Shown in pieces: positions 8,855 through 17,616 of a stretch of 20,992 nucleotides of DNA. Position 1 is the first letter of the stretch, and each line of letters starts with the position of its first letter. The notes under the pieces were generated by a model. It saw only the letters and a list, made by a program, of their open reading frames with translations, had not been told where the DNA came from and ran no database searches. This stretch comes from Polyangiales bacterium (lineage in GTDB: Bacteria > Myxococcota_A > Polyangia > Polyangiales > Houyiibacteriaceae), in contig JBGCFM010000019.1 in the NCBI GenBank assembly GCA_045106895.1, positions 1 through 20,992 of the forward strand, written 5' to 3'. The translations under genes were made by a program, and so were the position numbers.

Positions 8855-11742
8855 GCGCGACGGCGCCGGAGGGCCAAGCCGAGGACGAACAGCGCGAGCC
8901 AACCCGCGCCGCTGGCCGATTGGTTCACGCCACACCCGCCGCCGCTGACGCCGCCGGGGCCAGTCGGGCCCGAATCCGCCCCCACGTCCGCGCCCATAGC
9001 ATCGACACTGGCGTCACTTCCCGCGTCGGTACCCGCGTCGGTACCCGCATCGGTACCCGCATCGTTGCCTGCAGGGCCACCATCTCCGCCGTCGACGCCC
9101 GCGTCGGCGGGCATCGCCGACTGACAAGCGCGCATGCCATCGCAGCTCAGTTCGCACTCGTCGCTGGGGTCCGTGTCCACTGGGCTCGCGGCGCAGGTCC
9201 CTTCGCTGCCCGCCAAGTCGCATGCCTCGCAGGTGCCGCTGCACGTAGATTCGCAGCAGACGCCATCCGCGCAGACGCCGCCGGTGCACATCCCATTGCG
9301 TTCACAGGTGCCCCCCTGAGGCAACGTTGGCGTGCACTGGTTGCTCCCGCCCACATCACAGTAAGAGCCCGCGGCACACATATCGTCGTCGGTGCAGTTC
9401 GCCTCGCACATGACCGCGTCGAGACAGGCCACCATGCCAGGGCACGCGCTCGTCGTACCCGGCGTGCACGCGCCGGCGCTGCAGGTGGCCGCCGTCGTCA
9501 GGTTTCCATCGGCGCAGACCGGGTCTCCGCAGCGCGTGTCGTCGGGGCGCGCAGAGTAGGCGCTCGTCGACACCGAAGGGTCGCAGGACTCGCACACGTT
9601 GGCTGCGTTGACCGCCGCCGAGGCGACGCACGCGCCGCCGATGAGGCAGCCTTCGGCGAGGGTGTTCGAGCACGCGTCGGCGGCGTCGTCGCAGCTGTCT
9701 GTCGTGCAGCTGAGTCCGTCGTCGCAGTCCCGCGCAGACGCCTGGCAGACGCCTGTCATGCACATATCCCCGGTGGTGCAGAAGAGGCCGTCATCGCAGG
9801 CGCTTCCGTCGCTGGCGTTCGTCCAGTCGCTCGTATCCGCTGCTGAATCACACACCTCGCAGCCGCTTACGGTGTTGACGGCGCCGTCCGCCCGGCAAAC
9901 GCCGTCGATGACGCAGCCGTCGCAGAGTGACGCGATGTTCGCGGCGCCGGCGCGTGCCGCCACGAAGGGAGCGCCGACGACGAGGCTCGTTGCGGACAGG
10001 GCCACACTGTCGCCGAAACGCTCGTTCGCAGCGGCGCCTGGGCGCGTGTAGATCGTCTCATCGCCAAAGGCCCCCGCGTCTTCGCCAAAAAGGTGCACGC
10101 GCCCCGCGTCCGTGAACGCCGCCACATCGCCAAAGCGTGCCCCCGCCGCCGCAAGCCCTGGGCTGATGGCCACGCTGTAACCGAGCTGGTCGCCGGCGAC
10201 CGGCGCCGCAGCGACGAGGCGCTCTTCGGTCCAAGTGGCCGCGGAGCCGCGGAAGACATAGGCGGCCCCTTGGGAGAATACGCTCACTTCGTTCTGCGGC
10301 GCGCCAACGATGAGAGAGCCGCCCAAGAGCTGCAGGGAGCGACCAAAGAGGTCGAGGGGCGCAGCGTCACCGGCGACGAGTTTCGTCTCCTGGGTCCACA
10401 CCACGCCGGCGCGCGTGAAGACGTAGACAGCGCCCGCGCGCGTCGCGAGGGGGTGGAACACGCTGCCAACGGCGATGGTGTCGCCATCGATGTCGACGCT
10501 GCTCCCGAAGTCGTCGAGGGCCGCCGTGTCGTCCCCTTCGAGCGTCGCTTCCGCCGCCCAGGTCATCCCGGACTGACGGAACACGTACGCCGCTCCGCCC
10601 GTCTCGCCGTAGCGCGCGCCGACAACGATGGTGTCGCCGCTGATGGCCACGGACGAGCCGAAGAGATCACCTACGTTTCCGGCGCTCAAAGTGTCCGCCA
10701 AGGTCCACACGCCGCCGGCACGCGTATAGACGTACGCGCTGCCAGCAATGGTGAGAGGGAGCGGCGCGCCAACGACGGCGACGTCACCTTCGACGGCGAC
10801 GCTAAAGCCGAAACGTGCGTTGGCGTTCGCCGCGGCGGGTCGCGCGAGCTTCGCTTCTTCGCTCCACGCGCCGGCGCCGTCTTGAGTGAAGACATACACG
10901 CCGCCGGCGCGGGTCTCGTCATAGGTCGCGGCGACGAGGGCTGTGGTGCCGTCGATGGCGACGGTCGGTCCGCCACTCGTCACCGCCGGCGTGCCGCCGA
11001 ACTCGTCCCGCGCCGCGGCGTCACTCGCCGTCAGCGAAGCGAGTTCGGTCACGACGATGGGGTCGATGACGACGGGGTAACGCGCGGCGCCGTCGTCCAC
11101 GCGAATCACGATGTCGCCATCCACCGTCGCCAGCGCCGCGCTCAGGCGCACGCCGTCTGCATCGATGGCGGCGAGGCCGCCGTAGAAGAGCTGCGAGACG
11201 CCAGCGCTGTCCTGAAGCTCAACGTCCATGCCCACGAGCACAGGCCGCAGGTGCTCGACCTCGACGACGGCTTCCAAGAGCCCCTCGCCAGCAGGTCGCT
11301 CTCGGAGCGTGATGCCCTGCTGCAGACCGAGAGGTCCGTTGAGGTACCACTCGCTGACAGCGTCGCGCTCGTAGTCGAGGCGGTTGGCGACGGCGACGCG
11401 TTCGCCGGCTTCCATCGGCGCACCGCGTCCATCGCGCCCTACGCGCTGAAGGTGCAACGCGACCCGCGCCGCGGTGGTCTCGAGCTCTACGCGCTCCTCC
11501 AAAAAGCGAAACGATAGATCTCGCGGTCGGTTGCTCGCCGTGAACGCGCCGGCGGAGAGTTCAATGGCGTACTCCTCGCCGGCGTAGAGCTGTACGTCAC
11601 GGACAAGGCCCGGCGCGGGGCTGTCCGCGAAGTGCTGACTTGGCGCGAGGGAGGTGGTCTCGCTCGAGCCCTCCGTCGAACAAGCGAACGAAGAAGCGAG
11701 GAGACCCACCAGGGCAACGCGGGAAAAGCAGCGAGCGTTCAT
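8851..11742 (-). CDS. Surface protein with FG-GAP beta-propeller, Cys-rich repeats and MYXO-CTERM anchor
   Basis: Signal peptide; about six FG-GAP units (FGxSVAIxGD..VVGA...GAxYVF); CDDGLxCTTDSC repeats; DAGT linker; terminal GGGCGV..AGWLALFVLGLALRRRRA. Confidence 0.9.
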   Translation of the reverse strand: MNARCFSRVALVGLLASSFACSTEGSSETTSLAPSQHFADSPAPGLVRDVQLYAGEEYAIELSAGAFTASNRPRDLSFRFLEERVELETTAARVALHLQRVGRDGRGAPMEAGERVAVANRLDYERDAVSEWYLNGPLGLQQGITLRERPAGEGLLEAVVEVEHLRPVLVGMDVELQDSAGVSQLFYGGLAAIDADGVRLSAALATVDGDIVIRVDDGAARYPVVIDPIVVTELASLTASDAAARDEFGGTPAVTSGGPTVAIDGTTALVAATYDETRAGGVYVFTQDGAGAWSEEAKLARPAAANANARFGFSVAVEGDVAVVGAPLPLTIAGSAYVYTRAGGVWTLADTLSAGNVGDLFGSSVAISGDTIVVGARYGETGGAAYVFRQSGMTWAAEATLEGDDTAALDDFGSSVDIDGDTIAVGSVFHPLATRAGAVYVFTRAGVVWTQETKLVAGDAAPLDLFGRSLQLLGGSLIVGAPQNEVSVFSQGAAYVFRGSAATWTEERLVAAAPVAGDQLGYSVAISPGLAAAGARFGDVAAFTDAGRVHLFGEDAGAFGDETIYTRPGAAANERFGDSVALSATSLVVGAPFVAARAGAANIASLCDGCVIDGVCRADGAVNTVSGCEVCDSAADTSDWTNASDGSACDDGLFCTTGDMCMTGVCQASARDCDDGLSCTTDSCDDAADACSNTLAEGCLIGGACVASAAVNAANVCESCDPSVSTSAYSARPDDTRCGDPVCADGNLTTAATCSAGACTPGTTSACPGMVACLDAVMCEANCTDDDMCAAGSYCDVGGSNQCTPTLPQGGTCERNGMCTGGVCADGVCCESTCSGTCEACDLAGSEGTCAASPVDTDPSDECELSCDGMRACQSAMPADAGVDGGDGGPAGNDAGTDAGTDAGTDAGSDASVDAMGADVGADSGPTGPGGVSGGGCGVNQSASGAGWLALFVLGLALRRRRA
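9020..9064. repeat. 12-bp coding tandem repeat (DAGT units)
   Basis: cccgc(g/a)tcggta x3.7 in the linker before the MYXO-CTERM signal. Confidence 0.9.
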
Positions 11743-11759
11743 GCCGCGACGGTATCGTT

Positions 11760-12197
11760 CTACGGCGTTCGCAACCAGCGCATATGAACATGGAGCGCAT
11801 CTTCATCCGTGACGACGAATCCCTGTCGCTCGTAGAGGCGCCGCGCGGGGCTGCCTCTGAGAACCTGGAGTTCGAGGACTTCATGTTCGCGCTGGAGCTT
11901 CTCCAGAAGCCAGGTGCCGATGCCGCGATTTCGCTCCTGTGGAGCGACGATGACGTCCAAGATGCGCGCCCCGTGCAGCACCAAAACGCCGACGGCGTTC
12001 ACGTCCTCACAAAGCACCCACGTGGTCGCTCCGTCCTGCTCACGCAGGCTCGCACGCCATCCCCGCCACTGCGTCTCGGCGAGCTGCTCTTGCAGTGGGA
12101 GCGGAAACGCAGAGTAGTCCTCCCGCGCGCAGACCCACTCGCGCATACGAACATCGTCGGACTCTCTTGCTATGCGAAGAACAAGACTCTCGCTCAT
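11760..12197 (-). CDS. GNAT family N-acetyltransferase of the type found beside tail-collar genes
   Basis: Start MSESLVLRIARESD (ATG 12197); acetyl-CoA motif ILDVIVAPQERNRGIGTWLL; LQVLRGSPARRLYERQGF; terminal HMRW. Confidence 0.9.
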   Translation of the reverse strand: MSESLVLRIARESDDVRMREWVCAREDYSAFPLPLQEQLAETQWRGWRASLREQDGATTWVLCEDVNAVGVLVLHGARILDVIVAPQERNRGIGTWLLEKLQREHEVLELQVLRGSPARRLYERQGFVVTDEDALHVHMRWLRTP

Positions 12198-12279
12198 TGT
12201 TCGCCGCAACCTTTCGCGAGCGCGTTCATCTGCGCTACCTTCGCACGCGTGGCGCATCTTGCGCAGGAGGATTCTTTCG

Positions 12280-12798
12280 ATGGCTGATCCGTTTCTTGGG
12301 CAAGTGATACTCTTCGCAGGCAACTTCGCGCCTCGTGGCTGGGCGTTCTGCGACGGTCAGCTGCTCCCGATCTCGAGCAATAGCGCGCTCTTCAGCATCC
12401 TCGGCACCACCTATGGCGGCGACGGCCGAACCACCTTCGCTTTGCCGGACTTGCGCGGTCGCGTGCCCGTCGGCCCCCGGAACGGTCCCGGACTTTCGAA
12501 CGTGCGCCTCGGCGAACGTTTCGGCCAGGAAGATCACACGATGACGGAAGCGCAGATGCCCGCTCACTCCCACACGCTGCGCGCGAGCACGGAATACCCC
12601 AGCACCGACTCCCCCACCGGCGCAGCGCTCACGACGCAGGAGTTTCGCGGCTACGACGACACCTCGGCGCCGTCGACTTCTCTCCGCTCGGAGTCCATCG
12701 CAAACGCCGGCGGCTCGCAATCCTTCCCCATCTCTCAGCCTTCCCTAGGCCTGAATTACATCATCGCCCTCCAGGGCGTCTTCCCGTCGCGCAGCTAA
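12280..12798 (+). CDS. Phage tail-collar domain protein (microcystin-dependent protein MdpB-like)
   Basis: AGGAGG at 12265-12270, then MADPFLGQVILFAGNFAPRGWAFCDGQLLPI...LFSILGTTYGGDGRTTFALPDLRGR; MPAHSH; QPSLGLNYIIALQGVFP. Confidence 0.95.
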   Translation: MADPFLGQVILFAGNFAPRGWAFCDGQLLPISSNSALFSILGTTYGGDGRTTFALPDLRGRVPVGPRNGPGLSNVRLGERFGQEDHTMTEAQMPAHSHTLRASTEYPSTDSPTGAALTTQEFRGYDDTSAPSTSLRSESIANAGGSQSFPISQPSLGLNYIIALQGVFPSRS

Positions 12799-13601
12799 TG
12801 GTTACGCGACGACAGTTTGTAGGCAGCTCCGCTGCCGGCAGCGCTCTGCTCTTGGCGCCGGCGTTAGGCTGTTCCACGGCCGCGAGCGTCGCTCCGCTGG
12901 AGCTGCACCCGGGCGAAGGCGTCGCGCACTTCTCTCCGGAAGGCGACGTCTATGAACTCCTCCCCAACGAACACGCCCTGCGCACGCCGCGCGGCACCAT
13001 CGGGGGCGCTCCTTCAGACGCCATCGGCGCGTTCAACTACCCGATTGGCCTCGTCCACAGCGACTCTTCCTTCTTCGTCCTTGAACTCGGCGGCGCACGT
13101 GTACAGCGCTTCGACCTGAGCGACCGACCCGTCGCCGCCTTCGGCGAGTACGGCACCGGCGAAGCTCAATTTGCGCGTCCACGCGACATCACCCTTGGTG
13201 CGGGCGGGCTTCTCTACATCGCCGATAGCCTCAACCACCGTGTTCAAGTCTTCACCCAAGAAGGCAGGTTCGTCCGCGCCATCGGAAGCGCGGAGACCCT
13301 AAACAGCGCCCGCAGCGTCGCCATCGATGCCCAAGGCGACGTTCACATCGCCACCGAGGCCTCCGTGGAAGTCTTCGCGCCCTCCGGCGGCTACCTCGGG
13401 AGCTACGCCAGCGAGCTGCACTCTCCGCGCTGCGTCCGCATCGACATCAACGGCGACTCCCACGTCGTCGACTCCGTCTTGGGCGTGGTCACTCGCTTTG
13501 ACAGCCAAGGGCGCGCCCTCGACACCGTGTCCCCCGAAGGCACGCCTGCCTGGTTGAGTCTGCACCCCTCCGGCGCGCTGCGCCTCACCGTCCGCGCCTA
13601 G
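12798..13601 (+). CDS. Tat-exported NHL-repeat (beta-propeller) lipoprotein
   Basis: TAATG coupling to the tail-collar gene; TRRQFV twin-arginine motif and ALGC lipobox; FNYPIGL, QFARPRDI..LYIADSLNHRVQVF, LHSPRCV repeats. Confidence 0.85.
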   Translation: MVTRRQFVGSSAAGSALLLAPALGCSTAASVAPLELHPGEGVAHFSPEGDVYELLPNEHALRTPRGTIGGAPSDAIGAFNYPIGLVHSDSSFFVLELGGARVQRFDLSDRPVAAFGEYGTGEAQFARPRDITLGAGGLLYIADSLNHRVQVFTQEGRFVRAIGSAETLNSARSVAIDAQGDVHIATEASVEVFAPSGGYLGSYASELHSPRCVRIDINGDSHVVDSVLGVVTRFDSQGRALDTVSPEGTPAWLSLHPSGALRLTVRA

Positions 13602-13604
13602 CCC

Positions 13605-15275
13605 CTAAAACCCGAGGCCCGCGAGGAACACGCGCATCCGCACCACCTCTCGCGGGTGGTTGTTGTTGTAGGACAAGATGTCCGTCTGCGGAAAACCGTG
13701 ACCGACGCCTGGTAGAAAGCGGGCGACGACGTCGAGGCCAACCTCTTCAGCGCGGGCTACCGCGATCCGCGAATACGAGGCGTCGACGGCGGTGTCGTCC
13801 TCGCCGTGCACGACGTAGAGCGCTGCTTCCCCGGGCTCCATCCAGTCAGCGTCCATGTTCATCGGGCACCCCGTTGGGAAGAAGCCGCCCCAAAGCGCGA
13901 TCACAGCGCCGACGTTTGGCGCGCCACGTCGAACGCCCAGCGGTATCGATAGTTCCAAATCGTCGACGGCATAGGCCGCGTAAAACGAGGAGATGGCCCC
14001 GGCGGATGAGCCCGAGAGAATCAGCGATTCGTCCTCCGCGAGACCGTAGTGAACGCGGGCAAACTCCGCAGCGCTCAGGACGTCCTCGATGACCGCAAGA
14101 ACGCCGAGCTCAAAGGCGCCGCGTTGCTCCGCCGTAGCGCTCGCGCAGGGACCCGTTCGTGGCGGCGCGTTTGTTCGTCCAGCGAGGGCGCGAGTCCACA
14201 CCGCCTGACCCCACTCCGAGAAGTCGCCGGGCCCAAATGTTCGACCGGAGCCTCGCCCCACGACGCGGTAGTCGATGTTCATCACGCGAAAACCCATCGA
14301 CGCCAGCTGGGCCGCGTAGAGCCGCGGGTTCATATCGAGGCGTGAACCGATGCGAAAGCCGCCCCCATGCGCGTAGATTAGCGGAGGGTCACCCGGAAGC
14401 GCGCCGTGGCAGTTCATGTCTGAGTCTTCGCACTCGTAGAGGTCCGCCAAGAGCGGCGTGGCCACGCCATCGATGCGGGGCGTCGCGTATTCAACGCTCG
14501 TCACGCCGCGGAGCAGATACTCGCACGCGCCTGGGCTTCCCCATGGAGCGACGGTGTCTTCCCGCGCGTCAAAGCAATAGTCCACGCCGGGCCCGCCAAA
14601 CAGGGTGTCATCGCCGGCGTTGCCCTCGATGAGGTCGGACGCAGCGCCGCCTGCGATCCAGTCGTCTCCCTCGCCGCCGACGAGGATGTCGAACTCCGTG
14701 CCCCCCTCGAGGGAATCGTTTCCATCGCCGCCGTAGATTTGGTCCCAGCCCTGACCACCACGCACCGTGTCCGCGCCAGCGCCGGCGACGATGAAGTCGT
14801 GGCCCGCGCCGCCCTCGATGATGTCGTCGCCGCTCAGAGCGCAGATCGTGTCGTTGCCGGCGAGACCGTCGATGGTGTCGGCGCCCGCCGTGCCCAGGAT
14901 CACGTCGTCCCCCGTCGTACCGACGCAACGCACCCCTGGCTCGCACGCGATGGTGACCTCGTCTTCACAGCTCGGTAGCGGAGCGCCGCCGTCGACGAAG
15001 CCCGCGTCAAGCGAGCCTGCATCCAGGGAAGCCGCGTCGAGAGAGGAAGCGTCGAATGAACCGACATCCAAAGAGACTGCATCGGCGGAGCCAGCGTCTC
15101 TTGCGCCGGCATCATCGGCACCGCTGTCCGCGACTTGCTCCACGTCGAAGCCAACGTCCGGTGCCATGTCGTTGCCGGCGTCCGGCATCGAAGCATCCAT
15201 GTCCTCGGACGTGCTCGGACCACAAGCGCCCAACAGAAAGAAGATGCCCAGTTTTCGAATCCAAGGAGCCAACAT
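13605..15275 (-). CDS. Lipoprotein with RTX-type Ca-binding repeats fused to an HSL-like alpha/beta-hydrolase
   Basis: ATG 15275 overlaps the upstream TGA (TGATG); lipobox LGAC; GGxGxDxL nonapeptides; HGGGF, DYR, GSSAG, VVHGEDDTAV and GVGH motifs. Confidence 0.85.
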   Translation of the reverse strand: MLAPWIRKLGIFFLLGACGPSTSEDMDASMPDAGNDMAPDVGFDVEQVADSGADDAGARDAGSADAVSLDVGSFDASSLDAASLDAGSLDAGFVDGGAPLPSCEDEVTIACEPGVRCVGTTGDDVILGTAGADTIDGLAGNDTICALSGDDIIEGGAGHDFIVAGAGADTVRGGQGWDQIYGGDGNDSLEGGTEFDILVGGEGDDWIAGGAASDLIEGNAGDDTLFGGPGVDYCFDAREDTVAPWGSPGACEYLLRGVTSVEYATPRIDGVATPLLADLYECEDSDMNCHGALPGDPPLIYAHGGGFRIGSRLDMNPRLYAAQLASMGFRVMNIDYRVVGRGSGRTFGPGDFSEWGQAVWTRALAGRTNAPPRTGPCASATAEQRGAFELGVLAVIEDVLSAAEFARVHYGLAEDESLILSGSSAGAISSFYAAYAVDDLELSIPLGVRRGAPNVGAVIALWGGFFPTGCPMNMDADWMEPGEAALYVVHGEDDTAVDASYSRIAVARAEEVGLDVVARFLPGVGHGFPQTDILSYNNNHPREVVRMRVFLAGLGF

Positions 15276-16636
15276 CAGTCCACCTGAATCACGCGAAACG
15301 AACGACCACTCAGGTCGCGGGCGATGACACCGGGCAACGAAACCGCGGGGGGCATCCGCAAGAAGCGCTGTAGACCGGGTCTGTCGCCGGGCTTGCACGA
15401 CGGCGTCAGGTCATGCGGAAAGCGTCGATTGTTCACGATGACATCTTCGACCAGCGCGTCCTGCGCCCCGCCAGCGTTGCAGAGATAGGCGTCGATGAAA
15501 TCCACGAAATCGACGCCGGGAAGACCACGGTCCGACGCGTCGCGGCTAAGCCGGTCGCGAATGGGCGCAAACGAACGCTGACGTTGCTCCGCGGGGTCGC
15601 CCGTCAGGTAGAGTTCGTAGAGGCTCGCCGTGATGACCCACTCCGAGAGCGTCTGCTGGATGCCCGCTGCCGGGCTACAGACGTACTCGCCTGCAAGAGG
15701 GAGCGCCTCGACGTCGAGGTCGTAGGCGAGGTCCTCGCCGATACTGTCGCCATAGAAGCCCGTGCCCCGCGCCGCGCTCGAGAAGAAACTCGCCCACCCT
15801 TCGCCCCAGGCGAGACGCGCGTCCGTGTCGGCTCCGTTGTGGAAGTTTCCGGGGACGACGTCGTAGAAATCGTAGACCCACTGAAGGTAGTGACCGAGCT
15901 CGTGGAGCAACACCGGCGTGTCGAACTCGTCCGTGTCCGAAGGTCCACCAAGGATCCAGAGTTGGTCGCCGGCGGCGTAGGACGTCCCACCGGGCGTTGT
16001 GCGCCCGCGCTCCCAGTACACCTGAAGCTCGGGAAACGCTTCCGCTCTGTCGAAGGCGTCCCGCGCGAAGGCGAGCCCTTCGTTCATCGTCTCGTAGATA
16101 GCGAGGGCGCCGGACATCTCGTCGATGTCCACGACAACGTCTGCTCGCCCGTCCACGACCTGGACCTCGAAGGCATACGTGTTGTCTCGAAAGTCCGTCA
16201 CGGCGACGCCATTGCCCGACGCCAGCACGCGCACGCGCACCTCGCCGCTGAGCTCAACGTCGAACTCATACGAACCGTCCGCTGCGGTGGACGTAAGCCC
16301 AAGCTGCGTTGCGCCCTCGATGAGGATCACGTCGACGCCGGCGAGGGTCTCCGCCACCGGCGCCTCAAGGCCACGGCGGCTAAGCACGCGGCGCTCAAAT
16401 GTGACTCGCCCCGATACGGGAGCCGGCGGGCCGGTGCGCCCTGCGTCCATGCCGTCTGCGTCTGCGCCGGCGTCTTCGAAACTTGGCCCCCCGTCGTCGG
16501 TCGCTGCGTCAAAAGGCGCCGCGTCGAAAGGCGCCGCGTCGATGCTCGCATCCGGGAACATGACGGGCAGGTCGTCATCACCGCAGCCGAGGGTCACGAG
16601 AAGTGTTCCAAGACCGACGAAGAGCGCGCGTTGCAT
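15275..16636 (-). CDS. Zinc metalloprotease lipoprotein (HExxH)
   Basis: Lipobox TLGC; DAAPF repeats; beta-sandwich-like TSTAADGSYEF; DEFDTPVLLHELGHY with downstream AWGEGWASFF (third-ligand Glu). Confidence 0.82.
   Translation of the reverse strand: MQRALFVGLGTLLVTLGCGDDDLPVMFPDASIDAAPFDAAPFDAATDDGGPSFEDAGADADGMDAGRTGPPAPVSGRVTFERRVLSRRGLEAPVAETLAGVDVILIEGATQLGLTSTAADGSYEFDVELSGEVRVRVLASGNGVAVTDFRDNTYAFEVQVVDGRADVVVDIDEMSGALAIYETMNEGLAFARDAFDRAEAFPELQVYWERGRTTPGGTSYAAGDQLWILGGPSDTDEFDTPVLLHELGHYLQWVYDFYDVVPGNFHNGADTDARLAWGEGWASFFSSAARGTGFYGDSIGEDLAYDLDVEALPLAGEYVCSPAAGIQQTLSEWVITASLYELYLTGDPAEQRQRSFAPIRDRLSRDASDRGLPGVDFVDFIDAYLCNAGGAQDALVEDVIVNNRRFPHDLTPSCKPGDRPGLQRFLRMPPAVSLPGVIARDLSGRSFRVIQVD
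16506..16542. repeat. 15-bp coding tandem repeat (DAAPF)
   Basis: gcgtc(a/g)aaaggcgcc x2.5. Confidence 0.85.
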
Positions 16637-16695
16637 CCTCTCTACATAGTCGATTTCCGGTCGCCGTGCTCCCTCGTCTAGCGCGCGCGCCGGTT

Positions 16696-17616
16696 TCAGA
16701 CGTTTCGGTGCAGCATGGCGGGAGGCAGAATCTTCTCCTTACGAAACGCCTTCATGGCCCGGAGGTTGACGTCCGATACGAACGCCTTCTCAAAGCGTGT
16801 ATCGGCCACGTACGCCTTGAGGCGCAAGTGAACCGCGACGTAGTTCTCGTGGATGCTCTGGTTCACCAAGATAACGATGGGTTTCGGTAGATGAACGTAA
16901 CGGCTCGTCACTGCCGCTTCGCGCAGAATTTGCTGCGCTCGCTCAATATCCTGGTCGATGCCCACGTAGAAGTTCATGCCCACCTGCATGTCGAGGGCGC
17001 CGTAGTTGCCGCACGAGGTGAGCTCGTTGAGGAACTTATTGTTCGGAATGGTCACGGTATTGTCGTCGAGCGTCTGCATACGAACAGAGCGCAGACCAAT
17101 CGTTGAGATATCGCCGTATTGACCACCGAACTCGACGCGGTCACCGACCTGAAAAGGCCGATCCATCATGATCATGATTCCCGCGATGAATGACGCGACG
17201 ACGTCTTTGACGGCGAAACCCACCGACACGGCGACGGTTCCGCCGATGACCGCAAGAACGCCCGAATCGAGACGTAAGCTGAGGGCCATGACGGCGGCGC
17301 CTGTGCCGACGTAGAGAAAGAACTGAAAGACCGTCTCGATCTTTTGAAAGAGCAGGCGCCTCGATGCGAACTGCTCGCTGAGTCCTTCGACAAAGTTGTG
17401 CGTAAAACGCAGCACGACCCACGCCGCGGCGACGACGGCGATGCTGCTGATCACACCGCTCCATCGAATGACCTGAGCGAACTGGGACACCACCTCCGGA
17501 TCCGGGGCCATGTCCTGCGCTGCTGCGACGGTGGGGAAGAACACGGAGCAGAGCATGCAGGTCGCCCACAGGAACATACCGCGAGCGACGGGGAGAGACT
17601 TCAACGCACATTTCAT
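16696..17616 (-). CDS. mscS: Small-conductance mechanosensitive channel family protein
   Basis: ATG 17616 overlaps the upstream TGA; VGFAVKDVVASFIAGIMIMMDRPFQVGDRV..GDISTIGLRSVRMQTLDDNTVTIPN. Confidence 0.93.
   Translation of the reverse strand: MKCALKSLPVARGMFLWATCMLCSVFFPTVAAAQDMAPDPEVVSQFAQVIRWSGVISSIAVVAAAWVVLRFTHNFVEGLSEQFASRRLLFQKIETVFQFFLYVGTGAAVMALSLRLDSGVLAVIGGTVAVSVGFAVKDVVASFIAGIMIMMDRPFQVGDRVEFGGQYGDISTIGLRSVRMQTLDDNTVTIPNNKFLNELTSCGNYGALDMQVGMNFYVGIDQDIERAQQILREAAVTSRYVHLPKPIVILVNQSIHENYVAVHLRLKAYVADTRFEKAFVSDVNLRAMKAFRKEKILPPAMLHRNV

Noticed and set aside
12250..12265. sigma54 promoter TGGCGCATCTTGCGCA before the tail-collar gene
   Set aside because: The -12 element is poor and the implied start would fall downstream of the strong AGGAGG; the GCGCA/TGCGC palindrome may be chance.
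12280..12798. Prophage, tailocin or eCIS locus suggested by the tail-collar gene
   Set aside because: No other phage structural, packaging, lysis or integration gene in the window, and base composition is host-like.
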